From assembly GCA_030679995.1 (NCBI GenBank), contig JAUXSK010000009.1, forward strand, positions 1 through 52,560: a stretch of 52,560 bases of DNA. Direction: 5' to 3'. The DNA comes from Candidatus Moraniibacteriota bacterium (GTDB taxonomy: Bacteria; Patescibacteriota; Minisyncoccia; Moranbacterales; UBA2206). Shown here in pieces: positions 40,657 through 50,762 of this stretch. The position numbers and the translations under genes were made by a program. The stretch's first letter is position 1. Each line of letters opens with the position of its first letter. Below the pieces are notes generated by a model. The model saw only the letters and a list, made by a program, of their open reading frames with translations. It ran no database searches and had not been told where the DNA came from.

Positions 40657-43086
40657 ATGGAGCAATATGAACCAAAAGGAATAGAGGCTAAATGGCAGAA
40701 GTATTGGGAAAATAACCCGGAGCTTTATAGTGCTGATAATGCTTCAGATAAGCCAAAAAAGTATATCTTAGATATGTTTCCGTATCCTTCAGCGGCGGGT
40801 TTGCACGTCGGTCATGTGGAAAGCTATACCGCGACGGATATCGCTTCGCGTTATTGGCGGGCAAAGGGCTTCAATGTCCTGCATCCGCAGGGTTGGGACG
40901 CTTTCGGTCTGCCAGCGGAAAATTATGCGATTAAGACCGGAGTGCATCCGGATAAGGTGACCCATGAGAATATCAAAAACTTCACCCGGCAAATCAAATC
41001 GTTGGGAATGTCCTATGATTGGTCGCGCGAAATCGACACTTCCAGCCCGGAATATTATAAATGGACGCAGTGGTTTTTCCTGTTTTTGTATGAGAACGGT
41101 CTGGCCTATAAAAAGAAAGCCAAAGTGAATTGGTGCGATTCTTGCCAGACAGTCTTAGCCAATGAACAGGCGGAAGGTGGGATTTGCGAAAGATGCAAGA
41201 ATGCGGTGGTGCAGAAAGATTTGGAACAGTGGTTTTTCAAAATTACGGATTTTATCGAAAATAATAAGGATACGTCCGGTCTGTTGGATGGGTTGGATAA
41301 ATTGGATTGGCCGGAATCGATCAAGGCGGCGCAAAGGAATTGGATCGGGAAGTCATTCGGCGCGGAAGTGGATTTCGTTTTGGAAAATTCCACGGAAAAA
41401 ATCACGGTATATACCACGAGGATAGATACGATTTTCTCCGGAACATATATTATATTGGCCCCGGAGCATCGCTTGGTTGAAAAGATAACTACGGCGGAAA
41501 ACAAGGCCGCAGTCGAGGGATATGTCGAGGAAAGCAAGAAAAAAACCGAATTGGAAAGAACCGGATTGGAAAAAAACAAAGGCGGGGTTTTCACCGGCGC
41601 ATATGCCATAAATCCGGCGAACCAAGAAAAGATTCCGGTTTGGATTTCCGATTTCGTCCTGGCCAATTATGGAACGGGTGCGGTTTTTGCCGATGCGCAT
41701 GATGAGCGTGATTTCGCGATGGCTAAAAAATACGGCATTCCGTTGAAGGTTTCGATCCGTCCGCAAGATGAAGATGGGAATAAATGGGAAAAAATTAAAA
41801 ATTTGGAAGAATGCCATAGTGACGATGGAATTTTGGTCAATTCCGGACAGTTTGACGGCTTGACTTCGGCAGAGGCCAGGCCGAAAATTATCGAATGGAT
41901 AGCGGCAAAGGGTTTGGCGAGAAAAATGGTAAATTACCGTTTGCGCGATTGGCTGGTTTCAAGGCAACGCTATTGGGGCGCGCCGATCCCGATCATCTAT
42001 TGTGACAAGTGCGGTGAAGTGGCCGTACCGAAAGGGGATCTGCCGGTAGTTTTACCGACGGATGTCGATTTCAAGCCGACCGGCGAATCGCCGTTGGCCA
42101 ATTCGAAAACATTCCACGATGTGAAATGTCCGAAATGCGGCGGAAGCGCCAGGCGGGAATCGGACACGATGGACACATTCGTCTGTTCCAGTTGGTACTA
42201 TTTCCGTTATATCGACCATATGAACAATATGGAATTTGCCGCTCAGGAAAAAATCCAGAAATGGTTGCCAGTCGATTTGTATGTCGGCGGAGCGGAACAT
42301 GCCGTTTTGCATTTGCTCTACGCCAGATTTTTTACCAAAGCCTTGCACAATCTTGGCCATATCGGATTTGATGAACCGTTCTTGAAACTCAGGAACCAGG
42401 GTATGATTCTGGCGGAGGACGGACGCAAGATGTCAAAATCCTTGGGCAATGTGGTTAATCCGGATGATGCGGTGGCCGTGTTCGGAGCTGATAGTCTCCG
42501 GATATTTGAGATGTTTATGGGACCGCTTGAAGATGCCAAACCATGGAACACGCAAGGTATCGTGGGAGTGAAAAGGTTCCTGGAAAGGATTTGGCGGTTG
42601 CAAGAAAAAATTACCGATGAAGACGGCAAGAGTATCCGGTCTTTGGTGCAAAAGACGATCAAGAAAGTCGGCGATGATATCGAGATGATGAAATTCAATA
42701 CGGCTATTTCTGCTATGATGATTTTGGTCAATGAGGCGGAAAAAATAGGAATGACCCGGGAGAGTTATAGGCTGTTCGTGAAAATCCTTTCTCCGTTCGC
42801 TCCGCATATCGCGGAAGAGATTTGGGGAAAACTGGGCAATGCGGAAAGCGTTTTCGTTTCCGCTTGGCCTGACTACGACCCTGGGCTTATCAAGGACGAA
42901 GAAATAAACCTGGTGGTCCAGGTAAATGGTAAGATGCGCGATATGTTGAAAGTCGGCGCGGATATCGATCAAGACGGTGCCAAGGCTGTCGCGCTGGAAA
43001 GTGAAAAGATAAAAGCCTACGTCGCCGGCAAAGAAATTAGAAAAATAATTTTTGTGCCAGGCAAGCTTTTGAATATAGTTGTCTAA
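40657..43086 (+). CDS. leuS: Leucyl-tRNA synthetase
   Basis: MFPYPS..GLHVGH, GWDAFGLPAEN, SRQRYWG, KMSKS, VQVNGK. Confidence 0.98.
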   Translation: MEQYEPKGIEAKWQKYWENNPELYSADNASDKPKKYILDMFPYPSAAGLHVGHVESYTATDIASRYWRAKGFNVLHPQGWDAFGLPAENYAIKTGVHPDKVTHENIKNFTRQIKSLGMSYDWSREIDTSSPEYYKWTQWFFLFLYENGLAYKKKAKVNWCDSCQTVLANEQAEGGICERCKNAVVQKDLEQWFFKITDFIENNKDTSGLLDGLDKLDWPESIKAAQRNWIGKSFGAEVDFVLENSTEKITVYTTRIDTIFSGTYIILAPEHRLVEKITTAENKAAVEGYVEESKKKTELERTGLEKNKGGVFTGAYAINPANQEKIPVWISDFVLANYGTGAVFADAHDERDFAMAKKYGIPLKVSIRPQDEDGNKWEKIKNLEECHSDDGILVNSGQFDGLTSAEARPKIIEWIAAKGLARKMVNYRLRDWLVSRQRYWGAPIPIIYCDKCGEVAVPKGDLPVVLPTDVDFKPTGESPLANSKTFHDVKCPKCGGSARRESDTMDTFVCSSWYYFRYIDHMNNMEFAAQEKIQKWLPVDLYVGGAEHAVLHLLYARFFTKALHNLGHIGFDEPFLKLRNQGMILAEDGRKMSKSLGNVVNPDDAVAVFGADSLRIFEMFMGPLEDAKPWNTQGIVGVKRFLERIWRLQEKITDEDGKSIRSLVQKTIKKVGDDIEMMKFNTAISAMMILVNEAEKIGMTRESYRLFVKILSPFAPHIAEEIWGKLGNAESVFVSAWPDYDPGLIKDEEINLVVQVNGKMRDMLKVGADIDQDGAKAVALESEKIKAYVAGKEIRKIIFVPGKLLNIVV

Positions 43087-43103
43087 TCTTTAATTGCACC
43101 ATT

Positions 43104-43784
43104 ATGCAAGTAGTAATCTTAGCAGCGGGGCGGGGGAAGAGGATGGAGGATCTGACTAACGGTATTCCGAAGCCGATGTTGAAAATAAAAGGCAAACCGA
43201 TTTTGGAGCATAAGATAAATGCCTTGCCGAAGGAGATCAAGGAAATCGTTTTCGTGGTCGGTTATTACGGCGAATATATAATGAACCATTTCAAACGGTA
43301 TTTCAACGGACGCAAGGTCACGTATGTTTTTCAGACCGATTTGAATGGCACCGGCGGGGCCCTTTTTTTAGCCAGAAGCGTTTTGAAAGATAGGTTCTTG
43401 GTTATGATGGGTGATGATTTGTATCACAAGAAGGATATCAAAGCCTTGATAAAACATAATTTGGCTGTTTTGGGTCGGGAAGTGGAAGATGTGAGCAAGT
43501 TTGGGATTATTAAAACCAATCAGGACGGGCATATGGTGGAAATCGTGGAAAAACCGAAACGGTCGAAAGATAAGTTGGCGAATACGGGCGTATATGTCAT
43601 CAGTAAGGAAATATTCAACTATGATCTGGTTCCGATCGGCGGAGGAGAATTCGGCTTGCCGCAGACCCTGGCCAAAATGGCTAAGGACCATGCGGTCAAG
43701 GTTGAGAAAGCGACAATCTGGCATGCCATCGGCAATCCGGGTGATTTGGCCGAAGCCGAGAAGGTTATCCATAAATTCGTTTAA
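43104..43784 (+). CDS. Sugar-phosphate nucleotidyltransferase (GlmU N-terminal/RmlA-like)
   Basis: ILAAGRGKRM..LT...PKP, GTGGAL, GDD, VEKP, NTGVY. Confidence 0.9.
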   Translation: MQVVILAAGRGKRMEDLTNGIPKPMLKIKGKPILEHKINALPKEIKEIVFVVGYYGEYIMNHFKRYFNGRKVTYVFQTDLNGTGGALFLARSVLKDRFLVMMGDDLYHKKDIKALIKHNLAVLGREVEDVSKFGIIKTNQDGHMVEIVEKPKRSKDKLANTGVYVISKEIFNYDLVPIGGGEFGLPQTLAKMAKDHAVKVEKATIWHAIGNPGDLAEAEKVIHKFV

Positions 43785-43786
43785 TT

Positions 43787-44815
43787 ATGAAAAAGAAAAA
43801 AATCGTGACGATCGGCGGAGGTACCGGAAGTTTTATGTTGTTAGCGGGACTTAAAAAATATCAAGTCGATCTTTCGGCTATCGTTTCAATGGCTGATGAC
43901 GGCGGATCGACCGGCGTATTGCGGGATGAACTTGGGGTTTTGCCGCCGGGAGACGTGCGCCAATGCCTAGTGGCCCTGAGCGATTCGTCTGAGGCATTGC
44001 GTGGACTTTTGAGTTATCGTTTCGAGGATGGCGGTCTCAAGGGTCATAGTTTCGGCAATTTGTTTTTGTCGGCGCTGGAAAAAATAAACGGCAGTTTCGA
44101 GGTCGGAATTGAAGAGGCGATTAAAATATTGAATGTCAGGGGTAAGATTATCCCCGTGACCAATGACGATGCCCGGCTTTTTTTGAAATTGAAAAATGGC
44201 GATATTTTGAAAGGGGAAGATAATATAAACCGATCGGTGATAATCCGGAAAGAGGGCCTGGATAAATTATATTTCGAGCCGGCCGTAGCAGCCAGCCAAA
44301 AGGCGATCCAGCATATTCTGGAAGCCGATCTGATTTTGATCGGACCAGGAGGATTTTATACGAGCGTATTGCCGAACCTGTTGGCCGCAGGTATTTCAAA
44401 AGCGATCAAGGATTCAAAAGCGACTGTTATTTATAATTGCAATCTGACCAATAAAAACGGGCAGACTGACGGTTTCAGCTTGGATGACTACGCTAAGGAA
44501 ATAAACGCGCGCATCGGAGCGGAGAGGTTGGATTTTGTCACGTATAATTCCAAAAAACCCGATCGGAAACTTATTGAAAAATACCAAAACAGCCAGCAGC
44601 AATTGGTTGAATTCGATCCGGAAGAAATTAAAGACAGAAGTTATAAAGTTATCCGCGCGGATATTCTAAGCGATGAGATCGCGGAATATAGCAGTGCCGA
44701 TGTCGTAGCGTCCACTCGGGCGCTTATCCGTCATGACAGCAATAAATTGGCGAAGATAATTTTTCTTTTATCGGAAATCGAAGATTATAAAAGCATAATT
44801 AAGGATATAATTTGA
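43787..44815 (+). CDS. yvcK: YvcK/GlmR (CofD-like) UDP-GlcNAc-binding protein
   Basis: IGGGTG, ADDGGSTG.LR, PPGDVR, GHSFGNL, GPGGFYTS..PNL, RHD. Confidence 0.92.
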   Translation: MKKKKIVTIGGGTGSFMLLAGLKKYQVDLSAIVSMADDGGSTGVLRDELGVLPPGDVRQCLVALSDSSEALRGLLSYRFEDGGLKGHSFGNLFLSALEKINGSFEVGIEEAIKILNVRGKIIPVTNDDARLFLKLKNGDILKGEDNINRSVIIRKEGLDKLYFEPAVAASQKAIQHILEADLILIGPGGFYTSVLPNLLAAGISKAIKDSKATVIYNCNLTNKNGQTDGFSLDDYAKEINARIGAERLDFVTYNSKKPDRKLIEKYQNSQQQLVEFDPEEIKDRSYKVIRADILSDEIAEYSSADVVASTRALIRHDSNKLAKIIFLLSEIEDYKSIIKDII

Positions 44816-46284
44816 TGGATAATCCCAATCAGGATAAAAAAAAACCGTCTGAAAAAACCGTATTCACCCTTTCCGAATTCAGACATGAGGTCGGTATCCC
44901 GCTGGTGCTTGCGAAGAAGCTTGTGATTTGGGGGGAAATCAAAGCGGTCAAGGCAGTTGATGGTACGCTGCGGATTGCCGCAACGGAAGTGCATAAGGCG
45001 ACTGAATTGATCAAAAATCCCTGGGTCAAATCCTATTATTTCATACGGGCCCTGGGCCCTGGCCTCATAACCGGCGCATCGGATGACGATCCGTCCGGCA
45101 TCGGCACATATTCTTCGGTGGGGGCGAAATTCGGTCTAGGTATCTTATGGATGGCGGCTTGGCTTTTGCCGATGATGATGGCGATCCAGGAGGTATGCGC
45201 GCGCATCGGCATCGTGACTAATCGCGGCTTAGCGGGGGTTTTGCAAAAACATTATAAAAAGAAAGTCGTAGGCGTGGCTGTGGTGCTGTTGATTATCGCC
45301 AATGTCATAAATATCGGAGCGGATTTGGGGGCGATGGCGGCATCTTTGCAGATGTTGACGCACATAAATTTTTACATAGGGGCTATATTTTTCGCCGTAC
45401 TTACTATTATTTTTGAAATTTTCATCGGGTACCATCTGTATGTGAAATTTCTGAAGTGGCTGGCTGTTTCGGTGCTGGCGTATGTGGTGACGGGGTTCAT
45501 AATAAATCCTGAATGGAAGGAAATTTTCGGCTCGATGTTCATTCCCCAAATCAAGTTCAGTGATGAATATGTCTTTGCGATGATCGCCGTTTTCGGCACC
45601 AGCATCACGCCGTATCTGTTTTTCTGGCAGACTTCCGAAGAAGTCGAGGAGGGGAAGCTGCGTCTCAAGATACGCAAGTTATTGCATAAAAAAAACGATA
45701 GCGATATGCGCCATAAAATCGGCAAGATGCGGACGGATGTGGGAACCGGTATGGTCTTGGCTAACATCGTCTTTTTTTTCATCGTGGTGACGACCTCTCA
45801 TGTCCTGTTCCGGAATGGGATAACCGATATCGTTTCAGCGGAGCAAGCCGCGCTGGCCTTGCAGCCGCTGGCCGGCAAACATGCGTTTTTGTTATTCGCT
45901 TTCGGCATCATCGGAACGGGAATGCTGGCTATTCCGATCCTTGCTGGATCGGGCGCCTACGCGCTGGCGGAGATTATGAAATGGCGGGAAGGGTTGGAGG
46001 AGAAATTTTCTCGCGCCAAGGGATTTTATCTGGTCATCACTTTTTCAATCTTGGTGGGTCTGGCATTGAATTTTTTCCAGATTAATCCGATCAAAGCCCT
46101 GTATTACTCGGCTTTTCTGAATGGCATAATAGCGTTGCCGCTGCTGATTGCCATTATGGTCGTAGGAGACGATAAGAAGATAATGGGCCAGGAAACCAAT
46201 CCGGTCTGGGTGCGGATATTCGGCTGGATGGCGATCGCATTTATGCTTGGCGCGATTGCGGCGACAATCGTATTGTATTTTTGA
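44815..46284 (+). CDS. NRAMP/SLC11-related divalent metal transporter with an N-terminal HTH-like extension
   Basis: LGPGLITGASDDDPSGIGTY, QE.CARIG.VT.RGL, N..NIGADL, GTSITPY.FFWQ. Confidence 0.9.
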   Translation: MDNPNQDKKKPSEKTVFTLSEFRHEVGIPLVLAKKLVIWGEIKAVKAVDGTLRIAATEVHKATELIKNPWVKSYYFIRALGPGLITGASDDDPSGIGTYSSVGAKFGLGILWMAAWLLPMMMAIQEVCARIGIVTNRGLAGVLQKHYKKKVVGVAVVLLIIANVINIGADLGAMAASLQMLTHINFYIGAIFFAVLTIIFEIFIGYHLYVKFLKWLAVSVLAYVVTGFIINPEWKEIFGSMFIPQIKFSDEYVFAMIAVFGTSITPYLFFWQTSEEVEEGKLRLKIRKLLHKKNDSDMRHKIGKMRTDVGTGMVLANIVFFFIVVTTSHVLFRNGITDIVSAEQAALALQPLAGKHAFLLFAFGIIGTGMLAIPILAGSGAYALAEIMKWREGLEEKFSRAKGFYLVITFSILVGLALNFFQINPIKALYYSAFLNGIIALPLLIAIMVVGDDKKIMGQETNPVWVRIFGWMAIAFMLGAIAATIVLYF

Positions 46285-46316
46285 TAAAATATTTTAATTT
46301 ATTTAAAAACAATTTT

Positions 46317-48146
46317 ATGTGTGGAATAGTCGGCTATATAGGGAAACAAAAAGCGGCTCCGATATTGATTGAAGGTTTGAGGCGTCTGGAATATCGCGGT
46401 TATGATTCGGCTGGAATCGCGGTTTTGGGTGGCAAAAGGGGATCGCTTTTCAAATCGGTTGGAAAAGTCGCGAATTTGGAAGAAAAGATCGGTGACCGGG
46501 ATATCCCGGGAACGGTCGGAATCGCGCATACCCGCTGGGCGACGCATGGCAAGCCGAGCGATAATAATTCCCATCCCCACCAGGATTGCACGGGCGACAT
46601 CAGTCTGGTGCATAACGGGATCATCGAAAATTATCTGGAACTGAAAAAGGACTTGGAAAAACAAGGGCATAAGTTTAAATCGGAAACCGACAGCGAAGTC
46701 TTGGCGCATTTGATAGAGGAATTGAATAAAAAAATGGGTTATGAGGAATCGGTTTTTGAGGCTTTGAAAAAAATCCGCGGGACTTACGGCTTGGCGATTA
46801 TTAATAGAAAAGAACCGGAAAAAATAATTGCGGCCAGGAGCGGCAGTCCGCTGGTCCTGGGTATCGGAACCGGCGAATTCATAATCGCTTCGGATGTTTC
46901 GGCGATTATCCGGCATACCCAGCAAGTCATCTATCTGGAAGATGGCGAAGTGGCTATTATCAAGGCGGATGATTTCGAGGTGCGGACCATAAAAAATAAA
47001 GCGAAGAACAAAGTGATTACGAATGTGGATTGGTCATTGGAAAAGGCGGAAAAACAAGGCTACGCGCATTTTATGCTGAAGGAAATATTTGAGCAGCCGG
47101 AAGCGGTCGAAGACGCGATCCGCGGGAGGATCATCGCCGAGGACGGCATGGCGAGGTTGGGCGGTTTGCAGGCAGTAGCGGATAAATTGAGAAAAGTTGA
47201 AAAAATCATCATCGTATCTTGCGGAACGTCCTATTATGCCGGACTTGTCGGGGAATATATGTTGGAAGAATATGCGGGCGTTCCGGTAGAAGTGGAATAT
47301 GCTTCCGAGTTCCGTTATAGGAAGCCGATCATAGACAGGAAGACGGCGGTCATCGCCATTTCACAGTCCGGAGAAACGGCTGATACGCTGGCAGCCATCC
47401 GTGAAGCTAAAAATAAAGGCGCGCTGATTTTGGGCATCGTGAATACGGTCGGTTCGACGATCGCGCGAGAAACCGATGCGGGCGTATATAACCATGCCGG
47501 CCCGGAAATCGGCGTGGCTTCGACCAAGGCTTTCACTTCGCAGTTGAGTATCTTGGCGCTGTTGACTTTGATGTTGGGCAGGCAGCGGGGGATGTCTTTG
47601 GTGACCGGGCAAAGGATCGCCAAAGAATTGAAACGGATTCCGAAGTTGATTACCCGCGTTTTGGAACAAGATAAGGAAATCAAAAAAATCGCTAAAAAAT
47701 ATGCCCAGTACCGGGATTTCCTATATCTCGGAAGGAAATATAATTTCCCGATCGCCACGGAGGGGGCTCTGAAAATCAAAGAGATTTCTTATGTGCACGC
47801 GGAAGGCTATGCGACGGGCGAGATGAAACATGGGCCGATCGCGCTTATCGACAAGGATTTTCCATCTGTCTTTATCGCGCCGCGGGATAGCGTTTATGAA
47901 AAGACGATTTCCGGGATGCAGGAAATCAAGGCGCGCGGCGGAAAGATTATCGCTATCGCGACCGAAGGCGACGCGGAAATCAAAAAAATCGCGGATGACG
48001 TGATATATATCCCTAAAACCTTGGAAATGCTTACCCCGCTTCTGTCAGTGGTCCCATTGCAACTGCTGGCCTATTTCGTGGGCGTGGCTAAGGGCTTGGA
48101 CGTGGATAAGCCGCGCAATCTTGCCAAATCGGTGACGGTGGAGTAG
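46317..48146 (+). CDS. glmS: Glutamine-fructose-6-phosphate transaminase
   Basis: MCGIVG, EYRGYDSAG, HTRWATHG, SQSGETADT, KPRNLAKSVTVE. Confidence 0.98.
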   Translation: MCGIVGYIGKQKAAPILIEGLRRLEYRGYDSAGIAVLGGKRGSLFKSVGKVANLEEKIGDRDIPGTVGIAHTRWATHGKPSDNNSHPHQDCTGDISLVHNGIIENYLELKKDLEKQGHKFKSETDSEVLAHLIEELNKKMGYEESVFEALKKIRGTYGLAIINRKEPEKIIAARSGSPLVLGIGTGEFIIASDVSAIIRHTQQVIYLEDGEVAIIKADDFEVRTIKNKAKNKVITNVDWSLEKAEKQGYAHFMLKEIFEQPEAVEDAIRGRIIAEDGMARLGGLQAVADKLRKVEKIIIVSCGTSYYAGLVGEYMLEEYAGVPVEVEYASEFRYRKPIIDRKTAVIAISQSGETADTLAAIREAKNKGALILGIVNTVGSTIARETDAGVYNHAGPEIGVASTKAFTSQLSILALLTLMLGRQRGMSLVTGQRIAKELKRIPKLITRVLEQDKEIKKIAKKYAQYRDFLYLGRKYNFPIATEGALKIKEISYVHAEGYATGEMKHGPIALIDKDFPSVFIAPRDSVYEKTISGMQEIKARGGKIIAIATEGDAEIKKIADDVIYIPKTLEMLTPLLSVVPLQLLAYFVGVAKGLDVDKPRNLAKSVTVE

Positions 48147-48157
48147 ACTTTAAACTT

Positions 48158-49177
48158 ATGGATTTACAAAAATTGGAGGCGGTTTTGCAATCGCAAAACC
48201 AGCCGAAATTCCGAACGGAACAGCTCAAAAAAGCCATCTATCAGGATGGTATTTCGAGTTTTACCGAGATTTCCAATATTCCGAAAGATTTGCGGGAAAT
48301 TCTAGTTAAGGAGATGGGCTTATTATCCTTCGAGGTGCAAAAAGTCTTGGTTACTAAAGATGGGCAATCGATGAAAGCTCTTTTGAAGTTGTCGGATGGA
48401 AATTTGATCGAAGCGGTTCTGATCGCGCCTAAGCCCGATGTGTGGTCAGTCTGTATTTCCTGCCAGGTCGGTTGCGCAATCGGTTGCAAATTTTGCGCGA
48501 CGGGTAAGATGGGTCTCAAAAGAAATCTGACGGCGGAAGAAATTACCGATCAGGTTTTGTTTTGGATCCAGTATTTAAAAAATATCAACCAAAAAATATC
48601 AACCGTAGTTTTTATGGGCATGGGAGAGCCCTTATTGAATTGGGAACAGGTGAGTCGGAGCTTGCGGGATCTGATAGACCCGACGCTGTTCGGTTTCGGC
48701 GCGCGGAGTATTTCCGTTTCGACTTCAGGCATTCCGGAGGGGATTGAAAAGCTGGCGATGGAATTCCCCCAGGTCAATCTGGCTTTGTCGCTGCATTTCG
48801 GAAGCGATGAAAAAAGAAGCCAGGCTATGCCGATCAATCGCAAAAATAATCTGGAAACCTTGCGCGAAGCGCTTAAAAAATATTTTCTCAAAACCAACCG
48901 CAAAGTATTTTTGGAATACGTGATGCTTTCGGGCGTGAATGACAGCCGGGAAGATGCGGACAAATTGATCCGCTTCGTGAAATCAATCGGCAAATTACAG
49001 TTGCTGCACGTCAATTTGATCCGCTACAATTCCACCGGTTCGGAATTTAAGCCTTCTTCTAAAGAACATACGGTCGAATTCCGCGATTATCTGGCGCAGA
49101 ACAGGATTGACGTTACGATACGTAAAAGCCTGGGCGAGGAAATCCAAGGTGCCTGCGGGCAGTTGGCGGGGAAATAA
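48158..49177 (+). CDS. rlmN: 23S rRNA A2503/tRNA A37 C2-methyltransferase (radical SAM)
   Basis: QVGC...C.FCATG, MGMGEP, SLH, GACGQL. Confidence 0.95.
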   Translation: MDLQKLEAVLQSQNQPKFRTEQLKKAIYQDGISSFTEISNIPKDLREILVKEMGLLSFEVQKVLVTKDGQSMKALLKLSDGNLIEAVLIAPKPDVWSVCISCQVGCAIGCKFCATGKMGLKRNLTAEEITDQVLFWIQYLKNINQKISTVVFMGMGEPLLNWEQVSRSLRDLIDPTLFGFGARSISVSTSGIPEGIEKLAMEFPQVNLALSLHFGSDEKRSQAMPINRKNNLETLREALKKYFLKTNRKVFLEYVMLSGVNDSREDADKLIRFVKSIGKLQLLHVNLIRYNSTGSEFKPSSKEHTVEFRDYLAQNRIDVTIRKSLGEEIQGACGQLAGK

Positions 49178-49208
49178 AACATCAATCATAACTCGTTTCC
49201 GGATAATA

Positions 49209-49246
49209 CGAAAAATGGCCCAGATATCCGTCCGGGCCATTTTTCG
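49209..49246. terminator. Bidirectional terminator between convergent rlmN and yjbQ
   Basis: CGAAAAATGGCCC / GGGCCATTTTTCG. Confidence 0.75.
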
Positions 49247-49268
49247 GCAGATGGTGAAATTTTATCCG

Positions 49269-49712
49269 TTATTCCCCGATAAATTGCAGGGCGACTTGCC
49301 TCGGCCTTGACCGGTCCAATTCGATAGCGAAGATCCTTTGCCAGGTTCCGAGTTGTAATTTGTTCCCAAGTATATTCAGGATGGCCGAAGTCGGCAGGTG
49401 GAGAGCCTTGTTGTGGGCGTGCCCGTTGGCGCATTCCCCATCGCACATATTGACGGTGCGTATTTCGAAATTGTCATGGGAATATTTTTCGGTTTGCGGA
49501 GCCAATTTTTCCAGGCAGGCTTTCATATCGGAAATCAGGAGCGGCTCGGCCTCATTGACGATGATCGCCATGGTGGTATGGAGGCTCTGGATATTGACGA
49601 TGCCTTTCTCGATCGCGGCTTCCTGGATTTTCTCCTGGATTTTCTCCGTGATATCGATAAAGTCCAAAGTGGCGCCGGTGGCAAGCTGGATGATGTGGTT
49701 GGCGATTTTCAT
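49269..49712 (-). CDS. yjbQ: YjbQ/UPF0047 family protein
   Basis: FIDIT, HTT..I.VNE, NGHAH, LGTWQ.IF..E.D..R.R. Confidence 0.93.
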   Translation of the reverse strand: MKIANHIIQLATGATLDFIDITEKIQEKIQEAAIEKGIVNIQSLHTTMAIIVNEAEPLLISDMKACLEKLAPQTEKYSHDNFEIRTVNMCDGECANGHAHNKALHLPTSAILNILGNKLQLGTWQRIFAIELDRSRPRQVALQFIGE

Positions 49713-49938
49713 AAAAAAGAGTTATGTTATTATTATAGACTAATTATAGGCTGAAAAATTTTTAACGCAAGCCTGGTTCAATGGGTATCTCATTGGAAAA
49801 CCAAGGCCGTTTGCGCAGACCTCAGCTTTTTTTAAAAGCTTTATTTAAGCCAATATCCGTCGTCGGTATTTCAAACAATGGCTTATTGTGTTAATATGGG
49901 GGTGTAATTTTTTTTATATCGCTATTATGCTATTTGGA

Positions 49939-50253
49939 ATGCCGAGGATGGAGCCGAAATCGAAAAAGGAATATCGCAATGATCCCGATCATGTGATCGG
50001 TAGGATTCCTCGCGTGAATGAGGAAATCATAGCTTTAAGGGAAATCGAAGGTATCGTAGCCCAGTTTGAAGATTGTCACAACCAAATGGAAAAGTTCAGC
50101 GCCGCTGAAAGGAATAAGGTCAGGCAGAGCTTGCTACTATGGCTTCCCAAAGCTATCGAAAATATTGATGGACGGTATGCTCCGGAATTTGGCCGTCAAA
50201 AAAAACGGCTGGAATTGCTGTATCGTTCAATCGGCGGCAACAAAGAAAACTAG
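49939..50253 (+). CDS. Hypothetical helical protein
   Basis: ORF downstream of a TATTAT box; start uncertain (49939 or 49948). Confidence 0.55.
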   Translation: MPRMEPKSKKEYRNDPDHVIGRIPRVNEEIIALREIEGIVAQFEDCHNQMEKFSAAERNKVRQSLLLWLPKAIENIDGRYAPEFGRQKKRLELLYRSIGGNKEN

Positions 50254-50282
50254 TTTTTTAAATCCGGCTGCTTAGGGTGAGG

Positions 50283-50590
50283 TAAAAAATTAAAATATCT
50301 GAGTGCTGGTAAGATATTCGGGGCTAGTTTTTCTTTTTCTAAATTTTCCAGTGGAATCCAATCCGATTCCCGGATGTCGGTACCAGGCTTTATTTCCCCA
50401 ATTCTTTTGGCTAGGAAATGCGCTAAAATAACACCTGCCGTTCCTGCGGGAGTCTTTTTTTCGTGTAAAATAAAAACGGCTCCGAATCGATTATTTCGAT
50501 ATCTATGCCAGCTTCCTCCTTGGCTTCACGTTTTGCGGTTTCTATTAAATTTATTTCATAATCTTCCATTTTTCCACCGCAAAACTTCCA
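50283..50590 (-). pseudogene. Nudix hydrolase remnant (5'-truncated, two frameshifts)
   Basis: Minus strand reads WKFCGGKMEDYEINLIETAKREAKEEAGIDI (Nudix box), then in other frames VILAHFLAKRIGEIKPG..IRE..W and PNILPALRYF. Confidence 0.75.
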
Positions 50591-50762
50591 ATCTTATACA
50601 TATATCTTTCGTCCGCATCTAATTTTGTAGGCCGACTTCCGAGGTGCTTGTCTGGATGGCGAGCTCATATTGATGGGCTGAATCGTCATTTTTGCTAATT
50701 ATTGCTATAATAACAAGCAAGAGGTCTAACGATAATTATTTAAATAACGGATGTAAAAAAAT

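Noticed and set aside
46285..46316. glmS ribozyme
   Set aside because: Only 32 AT-rich bases separate glmS from the upstream gene
49765..49830. TPP-riboswitch-like words (TGAGATACCC..TGAACC) upstream of yjbQ on the minus strand
   Set aside because: No CTGAT/P4-P5 half, and the likely yjbQ promoter lies downstream of it
50374..50622. 82-aa plus-strand ORF
   Set aside because: It is the antisense of the Nudix remnant
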